A stretch of 64,000 nucleotides of DNA from an uncultured Thermococci archaeon. Lineage in GTDB: Archaea > Methanobacteriota_B > Thermococci > Methanofastidiosales > B48-G16. A program made the translations under genes and the position numbers. Positions 10,851 through 19,890 of the stretch are shown piece after piece (position 1 is the first letter of the stretch; every line of letters starts with the position of its first letter). Below the pieces are notes generated by a model. That model did not search any database. It saw nothing but the letters and a program-made list of their open reading frames with translations, and had not been told where the DNA came from. The DNA is taken from NCBI GenBank assembly GCA_964595645.1, contig CAZQQT010000005.1, forward strand, positions 32,001-96,000, read 5' to 3'.

Positions 10851-10951
10851 CTGCCTCACAGGTACCATTCTATTGGATTCAAGGTATATAAGGTTTCCGA
10901 TCGTGTTTTGCCCAACCTCCGAAATCACGGTCATTTATAAAGACTGGGACA
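10851..10951 (-). promoter_or_regulatory. CRISPR leader with BRE/TATA
   Basis: Minus strand GGAAACCTTATATACC (TATA 10885-10891), about 35 nt before the first repeat; lies between the cas6 stop and the array. Confidence 0.75.
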
Positions 10952-11680
10952 TCAGTAGGGATCGACCATTCCAAATCCCATGGAGTTCTTCTCGCCGACA
11001 CCACACTCATACGCTGTTTCCAGCAGTTTCGGCGTGGCAGCAATTTTTAGCGGAATCTTGAACCCTATCACATGCCCCTCCTTGATTTTAATGGATTTTT
11101 GAGGGCTATGAGGACATTTTGTCCAGATGAGATCGATCGTGATATCTTTTTTGTACTGGGTGCCGTGGACCATGAGGTACTTTTTTCGAAGGTTCTCTGC
11201 GAGATTCTCGTAGAACTGATCCTTGTGAGGAGGAATGTAGTAAATTGTTCCATCGTTGTACGTGGACGTCACGATGGGACTCAGTGCTTTGAACTCGGCG
11301 GTATCGGTGAACTCTGGAGACTTAAGCGTCTCAATTGATTTGATTCTCAGCGTGACATCTCTGAGCGTGAGGGGATTCTCATTCACGCTGTTCAGCAGCC
11401 CTTTCACCGTGTTCCCGATGAACTCGGATCTGGGTGAGGAAAGCAATAAAGAAACGTCGTCACTCTTCGTGCGGAGACCCTTCCCTCTCACCACACGATA
11501 GTTGGGGATGAAGAGGTCCGAGAAGACAAAGAGCTTGATATCTCGGTCGAAGTGGAGTTTCTCCGAGTACTCTTCGTTGAAGGATCGGATCACATGGTAA
11601 AGCCATGAAGAAATAGCGTATTTCCTGTTGAATGGAATGAGGTTCTTCCCATTGTAGTGGAAGACCAGCTTCACTCTCAT
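10952..11680 (-). CDS. cas6: CRISPR-associated endoribonuclease Cas6
   Basis: LH...KLFVFS, SSP, LSPIV and the C-terminal G-rich loop GVGEKNSMGFG. Confidence 0.95.
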   Translation of the reverse strand: MRVKLVFHYNGKNLIPFNRKYAISSWLYHVIRSFNEEYSEKLHFDRDIKLFVFSDLFIPNYRVVRGKGLRTKSDDVSLLLSSPRSEFIGNTVKGLLNSVNENPLTLRDVTLRIKSIETLKSPEFTDTAEFKALSPIVTSTYNDGTIYYIPPHKDQFYENLAENLRKKYLMVHGTQYKKDITIDLIWTKCPHSPQKSIKIKEGHVIGFKIPLKIAATPKLLETAYECGVGEKNSMGFGMVDPY

Positions 11681-11834
11681 ACTACTGGTAAGTTATTGAA
11701 ATTAATAAAGTTTCTCTTTCTTCTGGAATTGTTCATCATGCTTGTTAGAACGGGGAATATACACTGTATTTTTTGCGCGGTCCCCAACTTTTTAATGTCT
11801 ACAAAAGAATGGCGTAGTAGAAGGAGGTAGTACA

Positions 11835-12401
11835 ATGAGAGTACGATGGTTAGGTAATGCGTGTCTCGAGATTTTTGGAGATGACCATATTCTGATAGAT
11901 CCACACTTCACAGTCACACCGGAGAACGAGGCAGATCTCGTGCTGGTAACCCATGAGCATGACGATCACTTCGATCCAGCGAAGTACAGGGGATACGGTG
12001 AGGACGCAGGGCTATACGCGCCGGCTACAACACTAGAGAAATTTGGTGTAGATGGTCACGCTGTGACACCGGGAGATCGTATCGGTGATGTACGTGTACT
12101 GGACTGTGACTGCTGGGGATCTGATGAGAGCGTGAGCTACTATTACCATGGACTTCTCCACGCCGGTGATTCCAACGTGTTCCCCGATGCAGAGGATGTT
12201 GCCGTGATCTTTACTGCGTGTTTCCCCGATTACTACGAGGATTACGTCTCAGCATTTACCCGGTTGAACCCAACGCGTGTTGTGCCATTCCATTACGATC
12301 CGGAAGACAACGAATCCGATGCGACGGGACTCAAAGAGAGACTCGACAGTGAAGGAATACCAAACGAAATTCTCGCACCCGGAGAGAGCATTGACGTGTA
12401 G
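11835..12401 (+). CDS. MBL-fold metallo-hydrolase
   Basis: ILIDP, THEHDDH, HAGD and PFHY motifs. Confidence 0.9.
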   Translation: MRVRWLGNACLEIFGDDHILIDPHFTVTPENEADLVLVTHEHDDHFDPAKYRGYGEDAGLYAPATTLEKFGVDGHAVTPGDRIGDVRVLDCDCWGSDESVSYYYHGLLHAGDSNVFPDAEDVAVIFTACFPDYYEDYVSAFTRLNPTRVVPFHYDPEDNESDATGLKERLDSEGIPNEILAPGESIDV

Positions 12402-12426
12402 ATTTCATTTTCTCTTTTCTTTTTTT

Positions 12427-13737
12427 TTACCGACGTACCATTCCTATAACTATCAACACGATAATGGCAACGGCGGCGCCGACAATATAATATGTATTGT
12501 TACTTGTCTTTTCAGGTTCCGATGACTGTTCCACAGCAGATTCTTCTGGTGCCTTTGGTGCCTTCGTCTCTAGTTCTTCCTCTCCAAGACAGTAGAGCGT
12601 TGACTCTACAGGCACGAACACATAGCCGTTGGAAATCGCAGGCGATCCAACAACTTTTCCAAGTTTGAAATCACCAAGAAGGTTCCCTTTGTACGCATCG
12701 AGACAGTAGAAATGGCCATCCATACATCCCACACATACAAGACCGTCAGCAATCACAGGCGAGGAGAGTATCCTGTCACCAGTGAGAAATGTCCATTTTT
12801 CTTTCCCTGTCTCCGCATCCAGCGCATAGATTGTGTTGTTCCACGATCCAAAATAGACATTCTCGTATGCCGCTCCGAGAGTTGAGATGATTCTGTCCTC
12901 TCCTGTTCGGTACTGTTCCATTACCACGCTTCCCTTTGTTTCGAAGGTCCAGCTTGGTTCACCCGTGTCACTATCGATGCAGTGAACTTTTTTCTTCCCG
13001 GAACCAAAATAAATCTTGCCATTATATACGGTAGGAGATGAGGTGACGCCCTGTGTGCTCCTTACACTTATCGGAGGGATACATGCGCCCTCGGGGACCT
13101 TGACTGTTTTGTACTTCCAGACGAGTTCTCCCTCAGGGGTGAAACAGCAGAGTTCATCTGCGTAGATGTCATTCTGGAATATCACGTAGATATGGTCGTT
13201 CCATACTGAGGCAGTCGTTTTTACAGGAGAGACTGTTTCATACTCCCACTTGATTTCTCCTGTGTCAGCGTCAAGACAATAAAATTTTGGGGTTAAAGCG
13301 CCTTTTCCTATAAATACGTTTCCTTTATATACCAATGGAGCATTTCGTATCTCTTTTCCGATTTCTTGTTTCCAAATAGTCTTTCCGTCAGTATTCAGTG
13401 CGTAGACATATCCATTCCAGGTACCAACGTATACAGTATCGTTCACCACGGTGGGAGTGGACCAGAGCGTATTCATCTCTTTTTTCCACACCACGTTCCC
13501 GTTGAGATCTAACTTATAAAAATATCCTTCAGAGCCGATATAGACATTATTTTCCACGATCACGGGAGAACCACAGATTCTCCCCTCTAAATCGGTTTTC
13601 CAGATCACACTGTTGATTGTTCCTACATCTATCTCATTCAACCCTGTATTTTTTTCATCGTGCATAAACGTATTCCAGTCTGCGCATACCATCGGTAGCA
13701 GAATCAACCCAATAAGAACGAATACATATTTCTTCAT
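12427..13737 (-). CDS. Secreted PQQ/BamB-like beta-propeller protein with C-terminal membrane anchor
   Basis: Signal peptide, repeated SSP...VYxG...YxLDAxTGxxKW blades, C-terminal TM followed by RR. Confidence 0.88.
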   Translation of the reverse strand: MKKYVFVLIGLILLPMVCADWNTFMHDEKNTGLNEIDVGTINSVIWKTDLEGRICGSPVIVENNVYIGSEGYFYKLDLNGNVVWKKEMNTLWSTPTVVNDTVYVGTWNGYVYALNTDGKTIWKQEIGKEIRNAPLVYKGNVFIGKGALTPKFYCLDADTGEIKWEYETVSPVKTTASVWNDHIYVIFQNDIYADELCCFTPEGELVWKYKTVKVPEGACIPPISVRSTQGVTSSPTVYNGKIYFGSGKKKVHCIDSDTGEPSWTFETKGSVVMEQYRTGEDRIISTLGAAYENVYFGSWNNTIYALDAETGKEKWTFLTGDRILSSPVIADGLVCVGCMDGHFYCLDAYKGNLLGDFKLGKVVGSPAISNGYVFVPVESTLYCLGEEELETKAPKAPEESAVEQSSEPEKTSNNTYYIVGAAVAIIVLIVIGMVRR

Positions 13738-13866
13738 TCAGTCACCTTTTATCTCTTTACTTCATCTCATTTTTTAAATCTTGTTGTAGATATGAGAAAG
13801 GAGTACTCAGTAGGACTACTGTGTTTCGCAGTAGTGTATTTAAACATCCAAAGCGAACTACACGCA

Positions 13867-14835
13867 ATGATCTCCCTTGGGATAGAGAGCACGGCACACA
13901 CCTTCGGTGTTGGTATTGTCACAGAAAAGGAGGTACTGGCAAATGAAACTTCCGTCTATTCAGGGAAGGGGATACATCCACGGAAGGCGGCGGATCACCA
14001 CGCCGACACCGCAAAGGATGTGCTCGACAGTGCGCTGAACACAGCGAACCACTCACTGGACGACATCGATCTCGTCAGTTTTTCCCAGGGACCGGGAATC
14101 GGGCCGTGCCTGAGGATCGGTGCTACAGTGGCAAGAACGCTTTCCCTCAGGCTCGATATACCGATTATAGGGGTAAACCACTGCGTGAGCCATATCGAGA
14201 TAGGGAAGTTTACCACCGGCGCAACGGATCCAGTAACACTTTACGTCTCCGGAGGAAATACACAGATCATCGCCTACGCCTCTCAACGGTATCGAATTTT
14301 TGGAGAAACACTCGATATCGGACTGGGAAATATGCAGGACAGCTTCGGGAGAGCGATGGGCTTGAAATTCCCCTGTGGGAAAACGATCGACGAGTTACTT
14401 GCGAAAGGACGCATGTATCTACAGCTTCCCTATACTATTAAGGGGATGGATTTCTCCTTCAGCGGCATGCTCACAGACGCACTACGGTACAAAGAAACAG
14501 AAACAATCGAGGATATCACCTTCTCCCTAATGGAAACAGCCTTTTCTACGGTGGTAGAGGCCTCCGAGAGGGCGCTGGCACATACGGAAAAGCACGAGCT
14601 GCTGTTGACAGGCGGCATGGCCGCGTCCCCACGACTGCGTGAGATGTGTACAATCATGTGCGAGGAACGGGGAGATGAATGCTATGTGCCATCCTTCGAT
14701 CTCTGCAGGGACAATGGGGCCATGATCGCGCACCATGGACTTCTCAAGCACAACAGCGGCGCGCGGATGCACCTTAAAGATACGGTAGTACGACAGAAAT
14801 GGCGCACAGATGAGGAGGAGATCACATGGCTGTGA
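13867..14835 (+). CDS. kae1: tRNA N6-threonylcarbamoyltransferase Kae1 (KEOPS)
   Basis: LGIESTAHT, GIHPR, GPGIGPCL, NHCVSHIE, SGGNTQ and DNGAMIA; start moved to the ATG at 13867. Confidence 0.96.
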   Translation: MISLGIESTAHTFGVGIVTEKEVLANETSVYSGKGIHPRKAADHHADTAKDVLDSALNTANHSLDDIDLVSFSQGPGIGPCLRIGATVARTLSLRLDIPIIGVNHCVSHIEIGKFTTGATDPVTLYVSGGNTQIIAYASQRYRIFGETLDIGLGNMQDSFGRAMGLKFPCGKTIDELLAKGRMYLQLPYTIKGMDFSFSGMLTDALRYKETETIEDITFSLMETAFSTVVEASERALAHTEKHELLLTGGMAASPRLREMCTIMCEERGDECYVPSFDLCRDNGAMIAHHGLLKHNSGARMHLKDTVVRQKWRTDEEEITWL

Positions 14836-15500
14836 TCGGGAGGGGTGCAGAGGCGGTTCTTACCGTGGAAGATTTCAGTGATCGATACTTTCCCAGCGAC
14901 GATCTCGATATACGGGTAGTGATCAAGAAACGGATCAAGAAAGGCTACCGCAATGAGCAGATAGATCTCCATTTACGGCGATCGAGGACTGTACTGGAGG
15001 CACGGTTGATGCACGAAGCAAAAAAGTACGTGAAAACGCCAACAATCTTTGAAGTGGACACAGACGAGTGTTACATTGTGATGGAGTATATAGAAGGAGA
15101 ACGAGTCAAGGAGCTCCTTGAAAAAATTAGTCCTGAAAAGAGGAGATCAGTGTGTCATCGTATTGGAGAAATTGTGGGCAATCTGCATAGAAATGATATC
15201 ATCCATGGCGATTTGACCACCTCCAACATGATCCGTTCTTCCAGTGGGATATATCTCATTGATTTCGGACTGGGAGAGTTCTCCATAGAAATAGAAGATA
15301 AAGGTGTGGATATGCACCTTCTGAGAGAAGCACTCCAGTCCACACATTACCATCATTTTGAGGGAGACTTCAATGCAGTGATGGAGGGGTATGAAGCTAC
15401 TGTCGGTGAAAAAAGAAAAGACGAGATTATAAGAAAAATAGAAGAGATAGAGAGGAGAGGACGGTATGTCAAGAGAGATAGTATTCATCACGGGCAATAG
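14826..15500 (+). CDS. bud32: KEOPS kinase/ATPase Bud32
   Basis: GAEA, IIHGDLTTSN, IDFGL and C-terminal RGRY; follows kae1. Confidence 0.95.
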   Translation: MAVIGRGAEAVLTVEDFSDRYFPSDDLDIRVVIKKRIKKGYRNEQIDLHLRRSRTVLEARLMHEAKKYVKTPTIFEVDTDECYIVMEYIEGERVKELLEKISPEKRRSVCHRIGEIVGNLHRNDIIHGDLTTSNMIRSSSGIYLIDFGLGEFSIEIEDKGVDMHLLREALQSTHYHHFEGDFNAVMEGYEATVGEKRKDEIIRKIEEIERRGRYVKRDSIHHGQ

Positions 15501-16017
15501 GAATAAGGTTAACGAGATACAAAAGGCTATCGATCCGTTGGACTATACGGTCATACAGAACGATCTGGACTATCCGGAAATCCAGAGTACGTCGTTAGAA
15601 GATGTAGTCCGGTACGGTATCGAGTGGATCAAAGACAGTGTCGATATCTTTTTTCTGGAGGATTCTGGGCTTTTCGTTGAGCGTTTGAACGGATTTCCCG
15701 GTGTTTACTCCAAGTTTGTGTTTGAGAGCATCGGGAACCAAGGGATTCTGAAGCTCATGGAATACGTTGAGGATAGAAACGCGGTATTTAAGACAGTAAT
15801 TGGCTTCTATGATGGCGAAGCAAAAATTTTTAAAGGGCAGTGCAAAGGAAGGATAGCCAAGAGGCCAAAGGGAGGCCATGGATTTGGCTATGATCCAATT
15901 TTTATCCCGGACGGTACCACAAATACTTTTGGCGAAATGGAAACATACCAGAAGAATGAATACTCTCATAGGGCAAAAGCCTTAAAAAGTTTCATTCATT
16001 ATTTAAAAAAGAGGTGA
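15466..16017 (+). CDS. rdgB: Non-canonical purine NTP pyrophosphatase (Ham1/RdgB)
   Basis: TGNxNK, EDSGL, FPGVYS, FGYDPIF and SHR. Confidence 0.95.
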   Translation: MSREIVFITGNRNKVNEIQKAIDPLDYTVIQNDLDYPEIQSTSLEDVVRYGIEWIKDSVDIFFLEDSGLFVERLNGFPGVYSKFVFESIGNQGILKLMEYVEDRNAVFKTVIGFYDGEAKIFKGQCKGRIAKRPKGGHGFGYDPIFIPDGTTNTFGEMETYQKNEYSHRAKALKSFIHYLKKR

Positions 16018-16022
16018 ATCAG

Positions 16023-16478
16023 ATGGCAAGAATGCACTCGAGAAAGAAAGGAAAATCAGGATCAACTCGTCCTCATCGGACAAAATCTCCTGGATGGACA
16101 GAATATGATGCAGAAGAAGGAGAGGCATTAGTTGTCAAATTACGGAAAAAAGGACTTTCTCCAAGTCTCATCGGCTTGAAACTGCGGGATCAGTATGGAA
16201 TCCCCGATGTCAAGCTCCTCACAGGAAAAAAGATCACGGAGATCCTGGAAGCTCACGATATGGCACCTGAGTTCCCTGAGGACATGCTAAACCTCATACG
16301 GAAAGCGGTGAAGATCCGGAAGCATATGGAGGACAACAAGAAGGACTACCACACCAAACGTGGATTGCAGCTTACAGAATCGAAAATAAAGCGGCTTGCA
16401 AAGTATTATAAGAAGAAAGGAGAAATTCCTGAAGATTGGAGATACGATCCGGAAAAAGCCGAGCTCCTTATAAGGTGA
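16023..16478 (+). CDS. rps15: 30S ribosomal protein S15 (uS15)
   Basis: [33 protein letters not shown]. Confidence 0.97.
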   Translation: MARMHSRKKGKSGSTRPHRTKSPGWTEYDAEEGEALVVKLRKKGLSPSLIGLKLRDQYGIPDVKLLTGKKITEILEAHDMAPEFPEDMLNLIRKAVKIRKHMEDNKKDYHTKRGLQLTESKIKRLAKYYKKKGEIPEDWRYDPEKAELLIR

Positions 16479-16479
16479 T

Positions 16480-17814
16480 TTGTTGGAAAGGATTTATAAA
16501 AGGGCAGAGAAGATTGCTTCGTTTTTTTTAGAACATTCTTCTGAGTTCGAGAAGGTGTATATTGTTTCTCACAAAGATACAGATGGCATTGCAGCAGCTG
16601 CCCTTTTGCAAATTACATTCTCCCAGTTTAAAAAGGTAGAAACAAAGATAGTATCCCAGATATACATTGATACATTGGAAGAGCTGAAGGAGGAGGTAGG
16701 CGATAACCTTGTGGTGTTTTCCGATCTCGGCAGCTCCTTTTGTACCGCGATCAACGAAAAGTTCCCTTACGCGATTATTTTGGATCACCATCCTCCCGAA
16801 GACTGTGAGGACAGCTATGTGCTGAACCCCCATCTTTTTGGGTACAATGGTGCCCATGATCTTTCGGGGGCAGGAGCCGCATATTTTTTTTGCAGAGATC
16901 TTTACCCAGAGATAAAGGAGTACAGCTACCTTGCAATTGTTGGTGCAATTGGTGATAAACAGAACAATCCGTTCCAGGGTTTGAATCGTGAGATTATCAA
17001 GGAAGGAAAGGGCATATTCCATGAAAAAGATGGAAACATCATCATCGATGTGTTGGAGGGCCATCTCAGGGATGGGGAGTACTTTTCTTCCTTACTCAAT
17101 GCCTGTGGCACCTTGAATAAAACGGATTTAGGACTTCAAGCCTGTCGTGGAGACGAAGTGGCAATAAAAAAGGCCAAAAAAGTACTCAAACAATATTATA
17201 AAGAGATAAATAGTGCCCTCAGACGGATCGTGAAGAATAAGAAGAAAATAATAGAAGAAAATAAGAATAGATCTGCGTATTTTATTGTTTCCCCAGCACA
17301 GGTAGGATTGACGGGTACCCTTTCTACTCGGCTGATCGATATTTTCAACGACAAACCGGTGATTTTCATCTCAAAGAAAGATGCCTTGAAAGTATCTGTA
17401 CGGGGAACGAAACAGCTTGTATCCCAGGGTCTGCATCTTGGTGAGGCACTGAAAAATGCTGTGGGAATAAAAGGAGAGGGTGGAGGTCATGATATCGCGG
17501 CAGGGGCGAAGTACCATGGTGATATAGAGGAGTTCATTGAGAGAGTAGATTTTGAAATAAAGAAACAGATAGGAGACAGCTTCCTGATAGAGGGAGACCT
17601 CACCATTGTATATGAAGATGGGAAAAAGGCTGCGTCCATCGCGGGTGCCATCGATGTGGACAATGAAAAACCTTTAAAAGCCACCATGATAGAAAGTTAC
17701 AGTAACGAGAACGAGTTTATCACTCGTGTACAATCAGAGAGTATAGGCACCTTTAAGAATGTGTTTGATGATATACTTGTCTGTGTGAAATCATCTGAAA
17801 CGATAGAGGAATGA
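16480..17814 (+). CDS. DHH nuclease (GAN/RecJ-Cdc45-like) fused to a C-terminal Pcc1-like KEOPS domain
   Basis: HxDTDG, DLG, DHH, GAIGD and GGGHDIAAG motifs. The last 77 aa or so have a Pcc1 pattern. Sits in the conserved S15-DHH-Pcc1-S3Ae order. Confidence 0.8.
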   Translation: MLERIYKRAEKIASFFLEHSSEFEKVYIVSHKDTDGIAAAALLQITFSQFKKVETKIVSQIYIDTLEELKEEVGDNLVVFSDLGSSFCTAINEKFPYAIILDHHPPEDCEDSYVLNPHLFGYNGAHDLSGAGAAYFFCRDLYPEIKEYSYLAIVGAIGDKQNNPFQGLNREIIKEGKGIFHEKDGNIIIDVLEGHLRDGEYFSSLLNACGTLNKTDLGLQACRGDEVAIKKAKKVLKQYYKEINSALRRIVKNKKKIIEENKNRSAYFIVSPAQVGLTGTLSTRLIDIFNDKPVIFISKKDALKVSVRGTKQLVSQGLHLGEALKNAVGIKGEGGGHDIAAGAKYHGDIEEFIERVDFEIKKQIGDSFLIEGDLTIVYEDGKKAASIAGAIDVDNEKPLKATMIESYSNENEFITRVQSESIGTFKNVFDDILVCVKSSETIEE

Positions 17815-17818
17815 GAAT

Positions 17819-18394
17819 ATGGCAAGAAGGAGTACAAGAAAAAAAGATCCATGGAAAATGAAAGATTGGTATACTGTTTACGCTCCAAAAATATTTGGAA
17901 ATCAAGAGATAGGCGAGGTACCTGCTAAAGAACCAGAGCAGATGGTCGGCAGGGTAATAGAAACGACACTTCGAGATCTCACCGGAGACTTCAAGAAAAA
18001 CCACGTAAAGTTGTTTTTCGAAGTGACAGATGTAAAAGGAACGAACGCGTATACGGAACTGAAACAGCAGGAGTTACTACGATCGTATATGCGATCCCAG
18101 GTGAGAAGGAATACCACGAAGGTAGAAGATGTTGTGGAAGTGGAGACAAAGGACGGCAGAAAGGCACGTATTCAAGTTGCCGCGATCACGCTGAAGAAGA
18201 TACAGCAGTCACAGGAGAGTAAGATCCGAGAGATTTTGGAAGATACGATCAAGAGTAATGCTTCGTCCAAAGATTTCGACGCATTCAGTCTTGAACTCGT
18301 CCTTGGGAAAACAGCTGCCGCGGCGTATCGAAAGGCAAAGAAGATTTACCCTCTCAAGCGGGTAGAAATTACAAAAACCAAGGTATTAGCGTAG
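17819..18394 (+). CDS. rps3ae: 30S ribosomal protein S3Ae (eS1)
   Basis: DPWKMKDWYTVYAP, GRVIETTL, IYPLKRVEI. Confidence 0.97.
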   Translation: MARRSTRKKDPWKMKDWYTVYAPKIFGNQEIGEVPAKEPEQMVGRVIETTLRDLTGDFKKNHVKLFFEVTDVKGTNAYTELKQQELLRSYMRSQVRRNTTKVEDVVEVETKDGRKARIQVAAITLKKIQQSQESKIREILEDTIKSNASSKDFDAFSLELVLGKTAAAAYRKAKKIYPLKRVEITKTKVLA

Positions 18395-18467
18395 GGCCCG
18401 TGGCCTAGCTGGATATGGCGTCGGCCTTCTAAGCCGAAAGTCGCGGGTTCGAATCCCGCCGGGTCCG
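18394..18467 (+). tRNA. tRNA-Arg(UCU)
   Basis: Acceptor GGGCCCG/CGGGTCC, anticodon arm TCGGC-CTTCTAA-GCCGA, T-loop GGTTCGAATCC. Confidence 0.95.
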
Positions 18468-18526
18468 CTTCTGACAGTTTAAAGGAAGAGAGACTTTAAT
18501 CGAAAACAGCTCCAATTTTCTCAATG

Positions 18527-18742
18527 TCACGCCCGGGTTGTCCTCTGCAGCGTGAGGAGAAACAGTAACAGCCCTGCAACTGTGACGAGAGCGCCCATTA
18601 TTATATACAGCGGATACGTTTCTGTTGAACAGACAGAAGGGCAGAATCCTACTCCTTTCCCAAGAATACGAACTCCTATAAGGAGAATAACAATTCCTAG
18701 GAGTTCCATCCATGGAGATTTATTGTTTTCCTTTTCAGTCAT
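18527..18742 (-). CDS. Small two-TM membrane protein
   Basis: Two hydrophobic helices flanking CPSVC; upstream TATA. Confidence 0.55.
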   Translation of the reverse strand: MTEKENNKSPWMELLGIVILLIGVRILGKGVGFCPSVCSTETYPLYIIMGALVTVAGLLLFLLTLQRTTRA

Positions 18743-18960
18743 GCGTGTAGCACTCTCTCCCAGTTTAAATATTTTACTGCGCAATTATCTCTCGATTTAA
18801 CTAGAAAAAACAATGAGATGTGAAAAATAGTCTCACATCCTTGAGTAACCTTTAAAAATAGAGCATACAGTATTGAGTAACAACTGTGGTGATGACATGG
18901 AACACTGTGCTCGCTGTCAAAATCTAATAGAGAAAGGAAAAGAGATGTATATCGATAGGA

Positions 18961-19155
18961 ATGTGTACTGTCCACAATGCTGGAAGTCTCTCATCGTTAA
19001 TGGGGACAGGCCTATTGGAAGGATTAGACATGGATGGGGTTGATAGTATGGATGAAGAATTTACGTGCCCGATATGTGTTCTCGCTAAAAAAATCAAAAA
19101 TGTCATCAAAAAAGATGAGGCGAAAGATACACAACCTTCCTGTCCTTGTTCATGA
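18961..19155 (+). CDS. Small Cys-rich hypothetical protein
   Basis: CPIC and C-terminal CPC; start uncertain. Confidence 0.35.
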   Translation: MCTVHNAGSLSSLMGTGLLEGLDMDGVDSMDEEFTCPICVLAKKIKNVIKKDEAKDTQPSCPCS

Positions 19156-19234
19156 GCATCAGAGACTGACATTGCGCTGTGAACAGTCTTTTGATGTACC
19201 GAATATTTTAAAATGAGTATGGCATACTCTTTTC

Positions 19235-19597
19235 ATGAATCAGTTCACACCCGCTCCGGTTGCTCCGACGATCTCTTTTGAGATGTTTGAGAAGATCGAT
19301 GTTCGTGTGGGAACGATTGAACGTGTCGAAGATATCCCTCGTTCAACGAACCTTGTACGGTTGATTGTGGACTTCGGCGATCACACGAGGAAAATACTAG
19401 CAGGTATAAAACAGGAACGTGAGAATCCGAAGGAGATCGAGGGAAAACAGGCACTATTTGTCGTGAACATGGAGCCGAAAAAAATGATGGGAGAGGTATC
19501 AGAGGGGATGCTGTTCGATATTGGATACCCTGATGGAATTCTTCCTGTGCTCGCTGTTCCAGAAAAACCTGTTCCCAATGGAGCGCGGTTGGGGTAA
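19235..19597 (+). CDS. tRNA-binding protein (CsaA/Trbp111 OB fold)
   Basis: IDVRVGTI, VVNMEPKKMMGEVSEGML, VPNGARL. Confidence 0.9.
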   Translation: MNQFTPAPVAPTISFEMFEKIDVRVGTIERVEDIPRSTNLVRLIVDFGDHTRKILAGIKQERENPKEIEGKQALFVVNMEPKKMMGEVSEGMLFDIGYPDGILPVLAVPEKPVPNGARLG

Positions 19598-19638
19598 CAA
19601 CAGTAAACCTTTAAAGTTATCTCTCTGTTATACCACAT

Positions 19639-19890
19639 ATGAGGAAAAGTAAGCTCCTCCAGAGTATCCGGAGGGCACGGGTGAAAGGAGAAATCCCGTA
19701 TAAGTTCACACCGTTGGAACTGCGTGAATACTGTCCCGGGTTTGCCACCTCTACATATTACTCTTATTTATCACGACATACAGGAAACACGGAGTATAAA
19801 GAACATTTTGTACGACATTCACGAGGAATATATAGCTTAAAGGACGATCCCATTGTGAATGAGAGAAGTTTAGTGGAGTTTGGAATATGA
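19639..19890 (+). CDS. Small basic hypothetical protein, possibly winged-HTH
   Basis: 83 aa with a FVRHSRGIYSL wing-like end; overlaps the next gene. Confidence 0.55.
   Translation: MRKSKLLQSIRRARVKGEIPYKFTPLELREYCPGFATSTYYSYLSRHTGNTEYKEHFVRHSRGIYSLKDDPIVNERSLVEFGI

Noticed and set aside
18789-18819. Solitary CRISPR-repeat-like sequence (ATTTAACTAGAA exact, about 22/31 overall)
   Set aside because: A 12-nt AT-rich match is near chance expectation in 64 kb, there is no second repeat, and it overlaps a GATGTGA/TCACATC palindrome better read as an operator.
19153-19155. Selenocysteine read-through at TGA after Cys-rich ORFs
   Set aside because: No SECIS-like element or conserved continuation was seen.
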